The position numbers were made by a program, and so were the translations under genes. From Alphaproteobacteria bacterium (GTDB lineage Bacteria; Pseudomonadota; Alphaproteobacteria; UBA828), in the NCBI GenBank assembly GCA_009691045.1, contig SHWC01000003.1:7995-71994 (forward strand): a stretch of DNA of 64,000 nucleotides, given 5' to 3'. Below, piece by piece: positions 59,824 to 64,000 of this stretch. Numbering within the stretch: the first letter of the stretch is position 1; each line of letters begins with the position of its first letter. Below the pieces are notes generated by a model, which worked only from the letters and a program-made list of their open reading frames with translations, made no database searches and had not been told where the DNA came from.

Positions 59824-61725
59824 CTATTGGTTTTGTGCCGGGCCGAATAGGCTCTTAAGCCGGGCCTGATTGACGGTAACCCCAATCTGCTGCTCAAGCG
59901 TGGCCTGAAACGCGATCACGATATCTTCATCGCGCGCCTGCCCAAGCCCTTGAGCCATGCGCTCGATATCAGCCGCAGCGGCGGCCGGATCGGGCGTTTC
60001 GCGGCTTTTCAACATGACAACGGCATAGCCTTCGGGAATTTGCTCGACGATCGGGGTAGGTGCGGCCGGGTCTTGCGCGAATAAAGCGCGTTCAACACTG
60101 GGCGTTGAGCCACGGTTCTCACTCTGTTGGTTGCGCACCAAGCCATCTAATTCGACGACCTCGTAGCCGGCCGCCTTGGCCGCGTCACTGAGCGGCGTGC
60201 CCGCCTTAACGGTAGCGGCCAGTCCGGCCGCCGCGAGTTCGGTCCGCTTCAAACGCTCGGTCAATTTATAGGTTCCCAACACCTTGTCGCGCACCTCGGC
60301 GAGCGGGCGCAGCGTCGAGGGCTCGACGGCGTCAAGCCTGGCTACGAAAGCGCTATCGATTTGGCTGGTGCGGAGGCCCGTATCGGAATCCTTCTCAAGC
60401 TCGAAGATGGCGACCACAATGTCATTGCGATCGGCGAGCCCGACCAACACCTCATTGCCGGATTTGTCGAAGCCCGCGGAATCGAGCGTGAGTTTGATGG
60501 TGTCGAGACCGACCGCGCTCGCGGCCTGATCGATATTGGCGCCGCTGGCAAGCTCGTCCTCGATGGTTTTCGAAAGTCGCACTAAACTATCGGCGGCGAG
60601 GCGGAGCGACATTTCCGCCTTGATGGCGTCATGCGCCTCCTCATAGGTGCGCGTGCGCGCCGGCTTGATGTCGGTGACGCGGTAAAGGCCAAAACCAAAG
60701 GGGGTTTCAATCGGGTCGCTCGGTTTGTCGCGCTCGAGCCCGAAGATGACATCGGCGACCGACGCGGGCAGGCTATCCTTGGTCACATCGGTCACGACAT
60801 TGATGGTAGCGCCTTTTGCGGTGAGGGCTTTGCTCATATCCGCGAAGCTTTGACCTTGGCCGAGCAGCGCGACGCCCTCCTTGATAAGCGCTTCGTCCTT
60901 GCTCAACACTTGCTCGATGCCGCGCGTCTCCGGCATTTTGAATTCATTGGCACGCGCGTCGTATTCGGCCTGAAGATCCTCCTCGCTGAGCTCGATCGTG
61001 CTGGTGAGCGCTTCCGGCGCGAGCCTCAACAGCGTCACCGTGCGGTATTCCGGCGCGGTGAATTGCGCAGCATGTTCCTTGTGGAACTTCTCGAGCGTGG
61101 CCTCGTCGGGCTCGGGCAATTCGAGGGCGTCGTCACGCGGCACGATGGCTGATTGGGCGCCGCGGCGCTCTTGGCGAATGCGGTAGAACGCCTCCGCAAG
61201 TGCCTTGGGGGCGGGGCGCGATGCGGCGACGGTGCCCAGCAATTGCGCGCGTGTGAGGTCGCCGCGCACAAGGCCTTCATAGCGCTCCGGGCTCATATTG
61301 CTGGCGCGCAATTGGCGCTCATAAACCGCCTTGTCGAACTTACCTTCTTCGTTTTGGAACGAGCTCTGCACCGCTACTTCTTCGCGCACCTGCTCGTCCG
61401 ATGCGGTGACGCCCAATCGGGTCGCCTCTTGGCTGATCAACGATTGGCCGACCAGGCGGAGCAGGGTTTGAATATAGAGGCGCTGCTGCTGGGCCTGTTC
61501 GCTGGTCAGGTTTGGATTGCGGCTTTGTATACGCGCCAGGTCACGACGGAATTCGTTCTGCAATTGCTGGGCGGAGATGGCTTCCTCGCCGACCATCGCG
61601 ATGTCGTTTTGCCCGGGGCCGCCAGAACGAAATACATCGCTAATGCCCCAAGCCGCGAAGGCAACGACCAGAACGAGCAAAATACCTTTGCTCGTCCACG
61701 AGCGCAGAAGCTCTTGAAAGTTCAC
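59824..61725 (-). CDS. ppiD: PpiD-like periplasmic folding chaperone (SurA N-terminal plus rotamase-like domains)
   Basis: N-terminal TM with FAAWGI, F.PEYR, SDPIETPFG; 633 aa; divergent from tpiA. Confidence 0.85.
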   Translation of the reverse strand: MNFQELLRSWTSKGILLVLVVAFAAWGISDVFRSGGPGQNDIAMVGEEAISAQQLQNEFRRDLARIQSRNPNLTSEQAQQQRLYIQTLLRLVGQSLISQEATRLGVTASDEQVREEVAVQSSFQNEEGKFDKAVYERQLRASNMSPERYEGLVRGDLTRAQLLGTVAASRPAPKALAEAFYRIRQERRGAQSAIVPRDDALELPEPDEATLEKFHKEHAAQFTAPEYRTVTLLRLAPEALTSTIELSEEDLQAEYDARANEFKMPETRGIEQVLSKDEALIKEGVALLGQGQSFADMSKALTAKGATINVVTDVTKDSLPASVADVIFGLERDKPSDPIETPFGFGLYRVTDIKPARTRTYEEAHDAIKAEMSLRLAADSLVRLSKTIEDELASGANIDQAASAVGLDTIKLTLDSAGFDKSGNEVLVGLADRNDIVVAIFELEKDSDTGLRTSQIDSAFVARLDAVEPSTLRPLAEVRDKVLGTYKLTERLKRTELAAAGLAATVKAGTPLSDAAKAAGYEVVELDGLVRNQQSENRGSTPSVERALFAQDPAAPTPIVEQIPEGYAVVMLKSRETPDPAAAAADIERMAQGLGQARDEDIVIAFQATLEQQIGVTVNQARLKSLFGPAQNQ

Positions 61726-61895
61726 CGTCTAACCTCTTGGGGTAAATGGCCCAATATCGGGATCAAGGCGCGGCATATTAAAGCCGAGCCCCAGGGTGCG
61801 GCAACCGTCAAGCGTCGCTGGCGCGCTGGCGCAAGCCACTTTGGCCATGATAAAACTCGCGCCGCACGGCCACTCCACGGGTTCGTTAATCAACA

Positions 61896-62690
61896 ATGGC
61901 TGCATCAGGCGCGCCGCGGCCCTTGGTCGTGGCCAATTGGAAAATGAATGGCCTGCGCCGCGACGGCATTGATCGTGCGCGGGCTTTGGTTCTTTTGGCG
62001 CGGAACAAGGGGCAGATTGCGGGCGAGGTGGTGCTTTGTCCGCCGGCGACCTTGCTGCATGAAATCCGCGCGGCGCTCAGTGGCAGCGGCATTGGGCTTG
62101 GCGCGCAGGATTGCCACGCGGCGGCGAGCGGCGCCCATACGGGGGATCTCAGCGCGCCCATGTTGGCCGATCTTGGCTGTGCCTATGTGATTGTCGGGCA
62201 CTCCGAGCGGCGCGCGGGCCATGGCGAAAGCGATCTCCAAGTGCGTGCCAAGGCCGAGGCAGCGTTGGCGGTCGGGCTTGGGCCCATCATCTGCGTGGGG
62301 GAAAGCGAAGCGGCGCGGGATCAGGGCCAAAGCGTCGCGGTCGTGCGCGCACAGCTTGAGGGCTCCGTGCCGAGCGGGGTCGCGGGCGAGGCTTTGGCGA
62401 TCGCCTATGAGCCGATTTGGGCGATCGGAACTGGGCGCACCCCTAAACCCGAGCAAATCGCCGAGGTCCACGCCATGATCCATGAGTTTGGCAAAGCGCG
62501 TTTTTCCGGCGGCGCGGCGGCGCTTCGCGTGCTATATGGCGGCTCCGTCAACGCGCGGAACGCGGCCGAAATCCTCTCTCTGGAGGGGGTCAATGGCGCG
62601 CTGGTCGGCGGCGCCAGCCTTGAAGCCGCCGGATTTTGGACCATTTGTGAGGCGGCCGGCGGGCCCGTTATGGCCGCCCAGGGCCGGTGA
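61896..62690 (+). CDS. tpiA: Triosephosphate isomerase
   Basis: NWKMN, GHSERR, AYEPIWAIGTG, YGGSV, LVGGAS. Confidence 0.97.
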   Translation: MAASGAPRPLVVANWKMNGLRRDGIDRARALVLLARNKGQIAGEVVLCPPATLLHEIRAALSGSGIGLGAQDCHAAASGAHTGDLSAPMLADLGCAYVIVGHSERRAGHGESDLQVRAKAEAALAVGLGPIICVGESEAARDQGQSVAVVRAQLEGSVPSGVAGEALAIAYEPIWAIGTGRTPKPEQIAEVHAMIHEFGKARFSGGAAALRVLYGGSVNARNAAEILSLEGVNGALVGGASLEAAGFWTICEAAGGPVMAAQGR

Positions 62691-62697
62691 GGACAGC

Positions 62698-63123
62698 GTG
62701 GAAACCATTCTTCTCGTCATCCTGATTATTATAGCGCTCGCGCTCATTGGGGTCGTTTTGGTCCAACGCAGCGAAGGTGGCGCGCTTGGTATTGGTGGCG
62801 GCGGACCGGGCGGCATGTTCTCGTCGCGCGGCTCGGCCAATCTCTTGACCCGCGTGACGGCGGGTTTGGCCGCGGCGTTCATGATCTTGAGCCTGATCCT
62901 TGTCATTCTCGAAGGCGGCAATCGGCGCTCGCAATCGGTGATGGACACGGCCGAAATTAAGGGTGAAGCGCAGAGCGAAAGCGAAGTTCAGACGCCGCTC
63001 AAGACCGATTCATCGACGAACCCTGCGACCGATGCGACCGGCGAGGCGCCGGCGCCGAGCGCGCCCGAGTCGGGCGCGGCCACGCCAAGCGACGGCAAGC
63101 CCGTCGTCCCCCAGAGCGAGTGA
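62698..63123 (+). CDS. secG: Preprotein translocase subunit SecG
   Basis: GTG start; VLVQRSEGGALG..RGSANLLTR.T with two TM helices; low-complexity tail. Confidence 0.92.
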   Translation: METILLVILIIIALALIGVVLVQRSEGGALGIGGGGPGGMFSSRGSANLLTRVTAGLAAAFMILSLILVILEGGNRRSQSVMDTAEIKGEAQSESEVQTPLKTDSSTNPATDATGEAPAPSAPESGAATPSDGKPVVPQSE

Positions 63124-63211
63124 TCGAGCTATATTTCCATAGGGCTGCCGCGGGCTTTGCCGGTCGCGGCGGGGTGTCACTTCTGTCGTTCGTTCAAGTC
63201 TGATAGCTTAG

Positions 63212-64000
<789 letters not shown>

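Noticed and set aside
62940..63123. Long acidic/Pro-rich SecG tail as a novel domain
   Set aside because: Low-complexity C-terminal extensions are common in alphaproteobacterial SecG.

Overview
GC-rich, gene-dense core-genome segment of an alphaproteobacterium. The assignment rests on lpxI, GTTC-N7-GTTC LexA boxes, a short ProRS and the gene order; a Rhodospirillales-like lineage is my inference. Order: tig(partial)-clpP-clpX-lon-HU, tRNA-Val(TAC), a ~1.5 kb accessory pocket (structured hairpins, small GIY-YIG gene, lipoprotein gene), tRNA-Asp(GTC), nuoA-N, birA-coaX-rnj-mce-DUF1467-tag-hypothetical-proS-lolC/E-lolD, a PNPOx-like flavoprotein, dnaE, rpsB-tsf-pyrH-frr-uppS-cdsA-rseP-bamA-skp-lpxD-fabZ-lpxA-lpxI-lpxB-gloA, gltA, gltX, comEC, lexA, moeA, a trpC-moaC fusion, trpD, a divergent polysaccharide deacetylase, ppiD, tpiA, secG, pyrG(partial). 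The best candidate for an undescribed system is the tRNA-anchored minimal GIY-YIG module bracketed by related GNRA-hairpin motifs. Other notable points: a single-ORF TrpC-MoaC fusion, a 7-nt tandem duplication that frameshifts the ComEC C-terminus, a triple LexA operator over the lexA promoter, and the absence of dxr and trpE/trpG from their usual loci. I saw no CRISPR array, integrase, transposase or rRNA. All calls come from motif recognition by eye; no database searches were run.
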